A stretch of 64,000 bases of DNA from Cetorhinus maximus (lineage: Eukaryota): assembly GCF_964194155.1 (NCBI RefSeq), contig NC_135901.1, positions 10,912,001 to 10,976,000 on the forward strand, in the 5' to 3' direction. The notes beneath the pieces are model-generated. The model did not search any database, had not been told where the DNA came from, and saw nothing but the letters and a program-made list of their open reading frames with translations. How positions within the stretch are numbered: position 1 is the first letter of the stretch; the number at the start of each line of letters is the position of its first letter. Made by a program: the position numbers and the translations under genes. This document shows positions 25,166 to 36,632 of the stretch, piece after piece.

Positions 25166-25529
25166 CAAAATGAGTTCGCAAAAGTCATCATTGTCAGCAT
25201 AGGATAGAAATTCAGAACAGACAATTTTAGATTCCATGGAAAACTTTTTCCTCTCTTATTCCCCAAAAGCTCTAAATCTCCACCTCACACACTCTCCATT
25301 CTCACTCTGCTGTGCCTGTTATACACCCTCCCAATTCTCCTGAAGATGGTGATTCATGCCGATAGATCCATGTCGACTGCTTCTTGTATTGGACCTTAAA
25401 ATTTTCATACAATGAAAAAAAGGTTCCACAAAATCACCAGCATTTCCCCCCTCAGCATATTTGGCACTAATTCCAGTTACAGATTCCCACAACTCTCTGT
25501 ACTTCCGAGGGAGGGTGAAGAAAGTGATT

Positions 25530-26260
25530 TACTCACAGATGTCGGTCAGAGGAGAAAGTTTTAGTGTTTGCGAAGCTAAAAAGAAATGTTGTTCTGTTTA
25601 AAATCAAACTACATGACTCGGAAGAAAATAAAGCGAAGACACTTCACAAATTCCCCTCCCCTCCCCTATTCCTGCAGCTGGCAACCCAGCGCTCAGGCGC
25701 AGAAAGCACTGCTGACCCGAGCTGCCCGGAGCAGGCGCAGTGCGGCTGCCGCCAGCGGTTACGCTCGATCTCTTTTTGGATCAGGCAGCCGCCGTAGACA
25801 GTGTGGGGGGGAAAGGTCAGTTCGCCGAGCGGCTTCTCAGTCTGTGCGGAGCCGTCAGCCGGTTACCTGGAAACCTTGTCTCGAGAAGGGGGAGGGGGGA
25901 CAAAGGGTGGGGGCAGGGCTCCCGTGTCCGCGCGCCTGGCCTGCAAGATTGGAACCCGAGGACGTCACCGCGGAGCAGAGTGATTCCCATTGGCTGGTAC
26001 AGGTAGGGTTCGATTGTGGACGTAACAATGCGGAAGTTGAACAATGAGCTTCAGGCTAAAACTTCTGTGCAACATCTGTGAGGAAATCAATGTATTTATT
26101 GTATGTCTATTTATTTTCTAATTCTGGTCTTAAATTGTTGACTTGCAGGAACTAAAAGGAAAAGAGTTAGTCCAGGGAGGGTGCAGTCTAGAAAGGTTGG
26201 CGCAATCTCTACTCTCAAAGACATTGACATCCTTTGCTCTCTCAGCTTGACACATTTATT
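25530..26260. promoter_or_regulatory. Bidirectional CpG-rich promoter with flanking non-coding exons (cassette 2)
   Basis: CAGGCGCA NRF1-like sites, X-box GTTACCTGGAAAC (25862), GACGTCAC (25961), ATTGG, CGGAAGT (26031); minus-strand donor (ACTCAC at 25531); paralogous to 33700-34350 and 63180-63935. Confidence 0.8.
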
Positions 26261-27460
26261 TGTCTGGCTAAAAGAATGGTCTCTTTCCTGATGTACAGAA
26301 TTAAAGGGATGGTTTCCCCAGAAGGCTGACATTTAAGAGGACATAGTAAGGTAGGACATGTCTTGTGTATAGATAGCGTACGTCTAGTGTCATATATTAC
26401 ATTCTAGATATTGTTGGTTCTCTAATAAAGTACATTATTTATTTCCAATTTTGTAATGTAGCACTGTATATGTCCAGCTATCGACTCATTATAGCATAGA
26501 AGGAGTCCATTTAAGGGACAGTAAATTAATATCAGACAGAGATATGTCTAGTGCTGTTATATGGTACATATTATTTATGATTCTCTAATTAGGTACATTC
26601 AGTTAATTTCTAGTCTTGTATTACAGAAATGTAGTTACATTATATATTTCCAATCACAGAGACATTACGGTACAAAAGGGTGTCCATTCAGCAACTCAAG
26701 TCCATGCCGACTCTCTGCAAAGCAATCCAATCAGTCCCATTTCCCCTCTATATCCCCGTTCCTCTGCAATTTTATTTCCTTCAAATCAATTTCATACATC
26801 CATCCAATTTCATTTTGAAATTATTGATCATCTTTTCTCCCAGTACCCTCTGCGGCAGTGAGTTGCTGTATGTCTGTGTTCGGGACAGGAAGCAGTGAGA
26901 ATGGACCTGCTGATCAGCATGAATTGGCACCTTCAGAAAAATTGGGAGGATGTTTATTAGGTCCAGCAGAGTGACAATGGAGGCAGGGTGTGTGGGACAG
27001 AAATTTACAACTCTTAGGGGAATGAGAGAAGAAAGAATGTTCCATTGGTTCTGAATTTCTATCCTGTACTGACTGATGGCTTTTGTAAACTTCTTTTACA
27101 GGATATTTGAAGGGGTGGAATTACGGATGGGAAACTCAAATGAAGCATCACGTTAAGATCTGATACAGCAACTTGATTCATCAAAATCTGAATATCATCA
27201 GTCTTTGATTCCATAAGAGAAAGGTTTGTCTGTTCTGTCTGCATCCATAATTTTTAAAAATTAGTATGACTGGAAAAGCACTGAGAGACACACACACACC
27301 CAAGTGAGAGTGTTCCAGTAAACTGACTGTGGAAAGAGCCTTAACCAGTTCCACAGCCTGTTTGCACCATTTACACTGGGGAGAGACCATATACATGTTT
27401 TGTGTGTGGACGAGGCTTCAGCTGACAGTCAAACTAGAGAGAAACAAGGACACTTGCATC

Positions 27461-28051
27461 ATGGAGAAACCGTGGAAATGTGTGGACTGTGTGAAGGCAT
27501 TCAGATCTCCATCTTTGCTGGAGATTCATCGACGCACACACACTGGGGAGAGGCCGTTCACCTGCTCTGAGTGTGGGAAGGGATTCAGCGATTCATCCAA
27601 TCTGCTGGCACACCAGCGGGTTCACACTGGGGAGAGGCCGTTCACCTGCTGTGTGTGTGGGAATGGATTCAGTCAACTATCCAACCTGTTGCGACATCAG
27701 CGAGTTCACACTGGGGAGAGGCCATTCACCTGCTCCCAGTGTAGGAAGGGATTCACTCGGTTATCCAGCCTGCAGACGCACCAGCGAGTTCACACTGGGG
27801 AGAGGCCATTCACCTGCTCCATCTGTGGGCAGGGATTCAGTGATTCATCCACCCTGCGGCAGCACCAACAACTGCACAGTGGGGAGAGGCCGTTCACCTG
27901 CTCTGAGTGTGGGATGGGATTCACTCAGTTATCCAGGCTGCTCAGACACCAGCCAGTTCATACTGGGGAGAGACCGTTCACCTGCTCCGTGTGTGGGAAG
28001 GGGTTCACTCGGTTATCCAGCATGCTCAGACACCAGCGAGTTCACAAGTGA
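27461..28051 (+). CDS. Tandem C2H2 zinc-finger protein, 7 fingers, 196 aa
   Basis: ATC-ATG-G start (MEKPWKC), 7 intact fingers; acceptor TTTTACAG ending at 27101. Confidence 0.92.
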   Translation: MEKPWKCVDCVKAFRSPSLLEIHRRTHTGERPFTCSECGKGFSDSSNLLAHQRVHTGERPFTCCVCGNGFSQLSNLLRHQRVHTGERPFTCSQCRKGFTRLSSLQTHQRVHTGERPFTCSICGQGFSDSSTLRQHQQLHSGERPFTCSECGMGFTQLSRLLRHQPVHTGERPFTCSVCGKGFTRLSSMLRHQRVHK

Positions 28052-28087
28052 TCACAGTCATTGGATTCTGTTGTTATTCACATCCAG

Positions 28088-28700
28088 TGGAAAGGTAGAC
28101 TGTATGAGAATGAAGATAGCTCTAACTATTGTGGAAAGGATAGTAGAAATTAAAAATAAAGATACTCCCCAGTGTGGTAAAGAGATTGTGTAGAGGATGG
28201 AAATGAGTCAAAAAGACTGATATGTTTTCACAGTCATAGAGTTGGACATTTGATATCAGATTATTGGAGATTAAAAAGTAAACCAGTGGCATTGGTAAAA
28301 GTGGCTGGTGTTTCTCCAGAGAAAGTTGCACCAAAAGGGGAAGCTTGTGAGAAATCAATACCTTCTAATGTATTTACCATGGGTGAAAATAGAGATTTGA
28401 GGGATTATGAAGGATTTATGTTTGAAGAGGAAGTCACTCCATTTTTGTCCAAGAAAGAACCTGGAAAGATTGTTATCCTTAGAGACACTGGCTCATCTCA
28501 GAGCTTATTGTTAACAAAAGATTTAGACTTTTCTTCAAGATGTTCACTGAACAAAAATGTATTGGTTCGGGGTGTTGATGGGGAGTGTGTGCCTATCCCA
28601 TTGTGTAAAGTCAGTTTAAACTATGCTTTCATAGAAGGTCTGTTATTGTTGGTGTTATTGATTATGTATGTAGATTTTATATTGGGGAATGATATAGGCT
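28088..28700 (+). mobile_element. Gypsy-type LTR retrotransposon fragment: gag zinc knuckle plus aspartic protease
   Basis: CFHSHRVGHLISDYW (decayed CX2CX4HX4C, from 28222), ILRDTGSSQSLL (catalytic DTG), FILGND; probably continues at 29020-29600. Confidence 0.8.
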
Positions 28701-29019
28701 CCTCTGACAGCACCTTCCAAACCCACGACCACTACCATTTAGAAGGACAAGGTCAGCAGACACATGGGAACACCACCACCTGGAAGTTCCCCTCCAAGTC
28801 ACCACCATCCTGACTTGGAAATATATCGCCGTTCCTTCACTGTCGCTGGGTCAAAATCCTGGAACTTCCTTCCTAACAGCACTGTGGGTGTACCTACACC
28901 ACATGGACTGCAGCAGTTCAAGAAGGCAGCTCACCACCACCTTCTCAAGGGCAACTAGGGATGGGCAATAAATGCTGGCCCAGCCAGCGAAGCCCACATC
29001 CCATGAATAAAAAAAAAAA
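28700..29019 (+). mobile_element. 3' end of a non-LTR retrotransposon with AATAAA and poly(A) tail
   Basis: SFTVAGSKSWNFLPNSTVG...LQQFKKAAHHHL C-terminus, AATAAA, A-tail at ~29009-29019; related pieces at 5565-5700 and 58970-59180 (minus). Confidence 0.8.
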
Positions 29020-29599
29020 TAATAGGTGATATTGTTTTTCCACTTTCTGGGACCGTGTTCACAGTTCAGAAGATGTTCCTGTGAGTAAAAAAAAAACCCT
29101 AGCCTATTCGTGACCCGGTTAAGCTACAAACTGATACAAAATAAAGATAGTGATGTGTCCACCCTAGTCACGGACAGTGCAGAGTCAGGAAAAGTGCCTG
29201 AAACATCTCAAGATAAAAGCCCACTTCAGAAGGAACTAAGATCTCAAAGATACCCTAAAGGGTTAATGACACCGAACACTGAATTATATGTAGCTGCCTG
29301 TGCTGAGACAGAACAAGATATAACAGCAGCAGGAGTTCAGGCAAAGGGACAGTTCACAGAAAAAACACTTCAAACTCCAAAATGATTGGAATGAAATAGT
29401 TTGTGAGTGACGTGGGAGACTCAAAATGTTTGAAAAAAGAATTGAAAGTCCAGAATGAAGAAGCTGTCAACATCACTGGAAAAAAATTAAATTAAGCTCG
29501 ATCTGAATGAGATTAGGTGAACCGAAAGGATAATAAATTGTTCAAAGACCAGACCACACAGGAGTATCAAACACTTTTGCTTGAACATAAAAAGCATTT

Positions 29600-30626
29600 T
29601 GTGATGAGAGATGTATATTTTTGTGATGATGTTTTCTGTGTAGAAAGCTGTGGGTGTGTGTGGAAGGTTAATTAAGCAAGGGGGAGGTTACTAGAGAAAG
29701 GTTGTCTGAGGTCTAAGAGATGAAAGGTTAAAGGTGTTAGGTTTGTGCATGTGGTGCAGAGGTTATGGTGGGTTTGAGTTACAAGTAAATAGGTTGGTTC
29801 TGAAATTTGCGTTGTGATATCAGTGGGAAATGGGTTTTTCAGCTTTGAATTTCAAAAAGGGAGTTCAGAAGTAACAGGGGACATTTACATCTAACAGGGA
29901 TTCCATGAGTAAATAGGGGAAGGCATATTAAATTTTATTGACCCAAAAGTAGAGGCAAAACAGAAAACATGAAATATTTTTATATTTGGAGAAGTTGAAT
30001 TTCAAAGAGGTGTTTCAGGACAATGGAACCTGAGATGAAAGGGGAAAAAGATATTTAAGGAAAGGGGTGTTTAACTGTTGAGGGTTGCTGTGGGGGAACC
30101 CACTGAGGTTCAGCTTCTCTGTGTGTGAGCGGCTGAGAAACTGTAAAAGTTTAGAATTGGAGGGAGCCACCCAGTGTTAAGCCAGAAGTCTTTGTTTTAG
30201 GAAACAGTTTATTTCTGAACCTCCTTTTGGAATTCCATATCAGAGTGGAAGTGCCTGAGAATCCGTGAGGTACACCTTTGGTAAAGTGAGAATAATTCCT
30301 TGACATGGGTAATGTTTACTGGGTTTTTATGGTCAAAATCTGTCAGGGGTTGCTGCCAAAAAGGTAGTGCAGTTGTCTACTTTTGACAAAGCATGTTTTT
30401 GAGGGTTGTTCTGGAAGGCTGTTTTAACTTTTATCTTGTGTGCTTAAGCTTTCCTTTTTAATAAATCCTTTAATTAAAAAAATTCTAAAGCTATGACTGG
30501 AGTTCTGTGCTTTTGAGGTCAGTTGCTCTTCCTCCTTGTTTTCGCAAAAAAAGTTTATTATCAGCAAGACAGACTTCACTCAGGAGTCTGGCTTGCTCAG
30601 CAATAACATCAGCTGTGGTCATAACA
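29600..30626 (+). repeat. Probable ~1 kb solo LTR
   Basis: TGTGATGA...TCATAACA termini, AATAAA ~30460, T-rich flanks on both sides; similar end TGTGTCATAACA at 62752-62763. Confidence 0.5.
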
Positions 30627-31019
30627 TTTTGAGTGACATTCTTAAAATGGCGAAAGAAGATTTTTTACCAGTGACCTACACAGCAGATTAGCTTGGAAGC
30701 ATTGGAAAAATAACAAGGAACTGAGCAGCCACAATCAAGAGATGATAAATGAAAGTTTAACCTCTGAGAATAGCTGGAACTGAGGAGAATTCTCCAGAGC
30801 ACTGTGACATACTTGATGTGCCTTATGAGAGAATCATGGGGAAACTAAGATGTAAACCTGAGGGCACAACATATGTAGTTATAAACCATATTAAGTTATT
30901 AGTACTTGCTTTGTTTAGTTCTTTTATGTACAATAAAGTTTGTTTTGGTAAAAAAAACAAGTGAAATCTTGTTGTGTAGCTTTATTGGTTAAAACAAGGT
31001 GTTTGGCTTTCTTTTGAGA

Positions 31020-31471
31020 GTAGTGACAATGCCAAGACCGTACCTTGTTTCCTCCTTGGTTGAGACGTAATCTGTGTCCACTTCATTCTTCCACTGGTCG
31101 TATGGCTCAGACTCCGAGAGCATTCGTGGGTAATCAGACCCTAACAATTTCCACTTGCTTTCAGCCATTTCTCACAAAAGATGCTAGGATTGTAGGACTC
31201 TGTGTGAAATCTTATTTTCCTTGAGTTTCAAACCTTCACCATTAGACAAACATTCTCTGTTAACATATTATAGTACTGACAGCCTTATGGTAAAAGAAGA
31301 AACTGCAGCCAATCTTTACTTGGTATAGATTTATTCACAGAGTGAAACATTACAGGTATAGGCCTCCTGACTCCACTCTATGTCAGTAAGTGTCTCTTAT
31401 ATGGGCTTATGTAACCATCCAATCAATGCCCTTCACCTGTAGATACTTAACCTCAATTGATACAATTAACA
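31020..31471 (-). mobile_element. 5' end of a second Copia (GalEa-like) element: 214-bp LTR, PBS remnant, gag N-terminus
   Basis: LTR 31258-31471 with TGTTAA...TTAACA and minus-strand AATAAA; then GAGAATGTTT (resembles the distal part of the iMet PBS TGGTAGCAGAGGATGGTT); then MAESKWK..SDYP...EPYDQWKNEVD...KQGTVLALSL. Confidence 0.65.
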
Positions 31472-32686
31472 CCAACGGTCAGAGCATCTAAAAGGCTCTA
31501 ATTGGTGTGACTGCCATGGTGTCTCAGCAGCTCGGATGAATGAGTGAATTCCTTCCCACAAACTGAGCAGGTGAACAAATCTCTCCATTGTGAACTCGCT
31601 GGTGCCTCAGCAGGTTGGATGAATCACTGAATCCTTTCCCACGCACGGAGCAGGTGAACGGCTTCTCTCCACTGTGAACTCGCTGATGTCTCTGCAGGTT
31701 GGATGAATCGCCGAATCCCTTCCCACAGTCAGAACAGGTGAACGGCTTCTCCCTGGTGTGAACTCGCTGATGTCTCAGTAAATCATGTGACATTCTAAAG
31801 GTCTTTGTGCAGTGACAGCAGCTGAACAGTCTCTCCTCAGTGTGAATTCCTACCTGATGGTCCACCAGCACATAATGTGTAAAGCAGTTCCCACAGTCAG
31901 AGCATTGAACAGGTTTCTCATTGGTCTGAGTACCTTGGTGCCCCAGCGGACTGGGCTGACTGAATCCCTTCCCACACATGGAGCTGGTGAATCGCCTCTG
32001 CCTGGTGAGAATACGTTGGTGTGTAAGCAGGAGGGATGAGTGAGTGAATCCCTTCCCACACTCAGAGCAGGTGAACAGCCCCTCACCAGTGTGAAATCGC
32101 TCATGCTTCCGCAGGGCAGATGACCGTGTGAATCCCTTCCCACACTCAGAGCAGGTGAATGGTCTCTCCCCAGTGTGAACTCGCTGATGTCTCTGCACGG
32201 TGGATGAATCAATGAATCCCTTTCCACACACGGAGCAGATGAACGGCCTCTCCCCGCTGTGGCTGCGGTGATGAGTTTCCAGTTCACAGCGGGGCACGGA
32301 ATCCCTTCCCATAGTCCCCACATTTCCATGGTTTCTCCATGGTGTGGGGGTCCTTGTGTCTCTCCAAGTTCTACAGTCAGTTGAAGCCTCATCCACACAC
32401 ACAACACGTGTCTGGTTTTTCCCTGCTGTGAATGTTTTTCAGCTCTGTAACTGGTTAAAGCTCCTTTCATAGTCAGTGCAGTGGCACACATTCACGAGGG
32501 TGTGTGCATCTCAGTGCTTTTCAAGTTAGATTAATGTTTAAAACCTTTTGAAACAGGCAGACATTTCTCCTTCTAAATTCATAGGCTGATGTCATTCACG
32601 TCCCAATGCGTTGGGTAACTTTGTCAAATCTTGACGTGATGTTTGGTTTGATATTTCTGTCTGTAAATCCTCCTCTTCTAATATCC
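31472..32686 (-). pseudogene. C2H2 ZNF pseudogene (~11 fingers, frameshift in finger 1, several broken fingers, 3' end cut by the LTR)
   Basis: ATG at 32340 gives MEKPWKCGDYGKGFRAPL*; the array continues in another frame (ORF 31524-32402) with lost Cys/His residues. Confidence 0.85.
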
Positions 32687-33699
32687 TGTAAAAGGAGTTT
32701 ACAAAAGTGATCACTGTCAGTAAAGGATAGAAATTCAGAATAGACAATTCTAATTTCTATGGAACATTCTTTCCTCCCTCAATCCCCAAAAGCTGTAAAC
32801 CTCAGTCCCACACTCTCCCACTATCCTCACTCTGCTGTACCGAAAACACACCCTCCCAATTCTCCTGAAGGTTCTGATTCATGCTGATCGACAAATCCAT
32901 GCTCACTGCTTCCTGTACTGGACACAGAGACCTGAAAATCTTCATGCAGGCTGTCAGCCTAATATAAATATGTTTATGTTACTAGACTAAAAATGAATAT
33001 AATGTACAGTCCCGTATCACTTGGTTAGATGTGGAGGGGGCAATGTGCGGAAAAGCTCCATTTATGCAGTGAGTGGTCATGACCTGGTGGAAGTGAAGAC
33101 AATCAATGATTCAAAATGAAATTGGATGTGCACTTGAAAAAATGAACTTGCCGGGGAACCAAGATATAAAAGGGGAATGGGGCTGACTGGATTGCTATAC
33201 AGGGAGTCGGCATGGACTTGAGTTGTCAAATAGAATCCTTCTGTGCCGCAATGACTATGTGACTGGAAATATATAATGTAGCTACAGTACTATATTAGAA
33301 GATTAAAAATAACAAAATGTGTTATAGAACCATAAATATTATACCTAATATGTAACATATAACAACACTAGACATATCTTTGTTGTTATGATTCCCATGG
33401 AGACCGATAACCTTAAAATAAACACATTCCCAGACAAACCCAATGGAATAAACCGAAGGACAAGGTTTCACTTTTTAAATTTTTACTGTAACAATCAAAC
33501 TAAAATCAACACAAATGAAACATGCATTAACAGACAAACAGGATTTGAACAGACAGGATAAATTTGACTTTAAACAGTTTATACAATAAAAAACAGGTTC
33601 CACAAAATCACCAGCATTTCCCCCCTCAGCATATTTGGCACTAATTCCAGTTACAGATTCCCACAACTCTCTGTATTTCCCAGGGGGGAAATAAAGTGT

Positions 33700-34350
33700 T
33701 TTACTCACAGATGTTGGACAGAGGAGGAAGGTTTAGTGTCTGTGTGAAGTTAATAACAAACGCTGTGCTGTTTAAAATCAAACTCAGAAATAAATGAAGG
33801 GAAGACATTTTGTAAACTCCCCCCCAGTGCGCAGACGCAGACGCAGAAAGCGCTGCTGACCCGAGCTGTCCGGAGCAGGCGCAGTGCGGCTGCCGCCAGC
33901 GGTCACTCTCGATCTATTTTTGGACCCAGCCAACCGCCGTAGACAGTGGGGGGAGGGAGAATTCGCCGTGCGGCTTCTCGTTCTGGCCGGGGCCGTCAGC
34001 TGGTTACCCGGAAACCTTGGCTCGAGGAGGTGCAGGGGGAGCGGGAACAATGGGTAGGGGTGGGACTCCCGTGTCTGCGCGCCTGGCCTGCAGACTGCAA
34101 CCCGAAGACGTCACCGCGGGGCAGAGTGATTCCCATTGGCTGATTCAGGCAAGGTTCCATGGTGGACGTCACAATGCGTCGTTGGACAATGAGCTTCGGA
34201 CTAAAACGTCCTCCTCTGGGTAACATCTGTGGGGAAATCAATGTTTCCTCATTTCTATTTATTTTCTAATTCTGGGCTTAAATTGTTGAATTGCAGGAAT
34301 TGAGGGAAGGAGGTGAATCCAGGCAGGGTGGAGACTCTAGAAAGGTTGCC
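33700..34350. promoter_or_regulatory. Bidirectional CpG-rich promoter with flanking non-coding exons (cassette 3)
   Basis: TGCGCAGACGCA (33828), GAGCAGGCGCA, X-box GTTACCCGGAAAC (34003), GACGTCAC twice, ATTGG; minus-strand donor at ~33703. Confidence 0.8.
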
Positions 34351-34434
34351 CCAGGACTCAGTAAAAAGGGTGGTTTGTCCAGGTAATGGCTGGTATTTAA
34401 CGTGACAGTACAGTAATATGAGAAAATGCTGAGC

Positions 34435-34852
34435 TGGTTAAACCTTAACTCAATGGAGTTCAGAAGAATGAGAGGTGATTTTATTGAAACAAATAGGATC
34501 CTGAGGCTGTTTGACAGGGTAGATGCTTGGAGAATGCTTCACCTCGCAGGGGATTCTAGAATTAGGGGTCACAGTATAAAAATAAGTGTTCTCTCATTTA
34601 AGGTGGGGAGGAATTTCTTCTCTCAGGGGGCATTACTCTTTGGAATTCTCTTCCACAGGGAGTACTGCAGGCTGGGTCATTGAACACATTCAAAGCTGAG
34701 TTGGACACATTTTTGATCGACAAGGGAGTCAGCATTATGGGGACAGGCAGGAATGTGCAGTTAAGGCCACATCAGATCAAGTAGGATCTTATTGAATGGT
34801 GGAGCAGGCTTGATGGGATGAATGGCCTTCTCCTTATCCATTTCTTATAATC
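34435..34852 (+). mobile_element. CR1 3' fragment in a ZNF intron
   Basis: EFRRMRGDFIETNRILR...RIRGHS motif plus CR1 3'UTR. Confidence 0.8.
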
Positions 34853-35435
34853 TCTCCAGGAAAGGAAGCAGTGAGCATGGATCTGTTCAGGAGAATTGCG
34901 ACGGTGAATATTTGGCACAGCAGAATGAGAATGGAGCGATTGTGTGTGGGATAGAGATTTACAGGTGTGAGGGAACAAGAGATGAAAGAATGTGCCGTAG
35001 TAACGAGAATTGCCTGTTCTGAATTTCTCACCTTTACTGACAGTGATGACTTTTCTAAACTCCTTTTACAGGATATTAGAAGGGGAGGATTTGTAGTCAG
35101 AAATCTCAAACCAAACATCACGTCAAGATCTGACGGAGTCACTCAATTCATCGGGACCTGAATATCATCAGCCTTTGAATCTAATGGAGAAATGTTTGTC
35201 TGTTCTGATTGCTTCATAAGGTCTTAAAGTTCAATGTGACTGGAAAAGCATCAAGATGCACACGCCCACGTGAGAGTGTTCTCGTGCACTGACTGTGGAA
35301 ACAATATTAACCATTTACACAGCTTGACAAAAACATCAGACCATTCACAGCATGGAGAGACTGTACACGTGTTCTGTTTGTGGATGAGTCCTCAACTGAT
35401 CGTCGAACCTGGAGAGTCACAAGGACACCCACACC

Positions 35436-36026
35436 ATGGAGAAACGGTGGAAATGTGGGGACTGTGGGAAGGGATTCCAGTCCCCTTCTGCACTCGAAAT
35501 TCATCGACGCATTCACACCGGGGAGAGGCCATTCACGTGCTTTCTGTGTGGGAAGGGATTCGCTCGGTCATCCAACCTGCTGACACACCAGCGAGTTCAC
35601 ACAGGGGAGAGGACATTCACTTGCTCTGTGTGTGGGAAGGGATTCACTCGGTCATCCAACCTGCTGACACACCAGCGAGTTCACACCGGGGAGAGGCCAT
35701 TCACCTGCTCTGAGTGTGGGAAGGGATTCGCTCATTTTTCCGCCCTGCAGACACACCAGCGAATCCACACTGGGGAGAGGCCATTCACCTGCTCTGTGTG
35801 TGGGAAAGGATTCACTCAGTTATCTAGCCTGCTGAGACACCAGCGAGTTCACACTGAGGAGAGACCATTCACCTGCTCTGCTTGTGGGAAGGAGTTCAGT
35901 AATTCATACAACTTGTTGACACACCAGCGAGTTCACACTGGGGAGAGGCCGTTCACGTGTTCTGACTGTGGGAAAGGATTCACTCAGTTAGCCAACCTGT
36001 TGAGACACCAGCGAGTTCACAAGTGA
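35436..36026 (+). CDS. Tandem C2H2 zinc-finger protein, 7 fingers, 196 aa
   Basis: ACC-ATG-G start (MEKRWKC), 7 intact fingers; acceptor TTTTACAG ending at 35071. Confidence 0.93.
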   Translation: MEKRWKCGDCGKGFQSPSALEIHRRIHTGERPFTCFLCGKGFARSSNLLTHQRVHTGERTFTCSVCGKGFTRSSNLLTHQRVHTGERPFTCSECGKGFAHFSALQTHQRIHTGERPFTCSVCGKGFTQLSSLLRHQRVHTEERPFTCSACGKEFSNSYNLLTHQRVHTGERPFTCSDCGKGFTQLANLLRHQRVHK

Positions 36027-36059
36027 TTACAGGGGCTGGATTCTGCTGTTATTGCTACT

Positions 36060-36632
36060 GGTATAAACTACTAGTTCGACCTCAGCTGGAGTATTGTGTA
36101 CAGTTCTGGGCACCATACTATAGGAAGGATGTGAATGGATTAGAGACAGTGCAGAAGAGGTTTACGGGAATGGCTCCAGGGATCAGAAATTTCAGTTATG
36201 AGGATAGGTTGGAGAGGTTGGAACTGTTCTCCTTGGAGTAGGGAAGGCTAAGAGGAGAGTTGATAGAGGTGTCCAAAATTATGAGGGGGCTGGACAGAGC
36301 ACATGGGGAGAAACTGTTCCCACTCAAAGAAGGGTCAAGAATGAGGGGGCAAAGATTTAAAGTGAGTTGCAAAAGAAGCAAATGTGATGTGAGAGAAAAA
36401 CCTTTTCACGCAGCGAGTGGTTTGAGTCTGGAATGGACAGCCTGGGAGTGTGATGGAGGCAGGTTCAATCGAGGCATTCAAGAGGACATTGGATGATTAT
36501 TTGAATGGAAAAAATGTGCAAGGATACGGGAAAAAGGCAGGTCAATGGCACTAAGTCATAATGTTCATTCGGAGAGCCAGTGCAGACTGGATGGGCCGAG
36601 TGGCCTCTTATGCCATAACAATTCTGTGATTC
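36060..36632 (+). mobile_element. 5'-truncated CR1 inserted in the ZNF 3'UTR
   Basis: YKLLVRPQLEYCVQFWAP...; tail ATTCTGTGATTCTG; the family 3'UTR resumes at TTAACCACATCCAGG. Confidence 0.9.

Noticed and set aside
25564-26047. GC-rich ORFs over the promoter blocks (also 16619-17100, 33784-34241, 54609-55094, 63179-63783)
   Set aside because: Overlapping ORFs on both strands reflect stop-poor GC-rich DNA; frames are not preserved between paralogs
27329-27460. N-terminal extensions in the ORF track (27329, 18308, 55891, 48593, 8041)
   Set aside because: They start at GTG/TTG or in intron or decayed leader sequence; the conserved strong-context ATG is downstream
27573-28193. Alternative-frame ORFs within ZNF arrays (GRDS..., WEGIHS...)
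   Set aside because: Expected shadow frames of repetitive finger codons
12264-31471. LTRs at 12264 and 31258 as the two ends of one giant element carrying ZNF genes
   Set aside because: The LTR sequences do not align beyond their termini, and there is no shared target-site duplication
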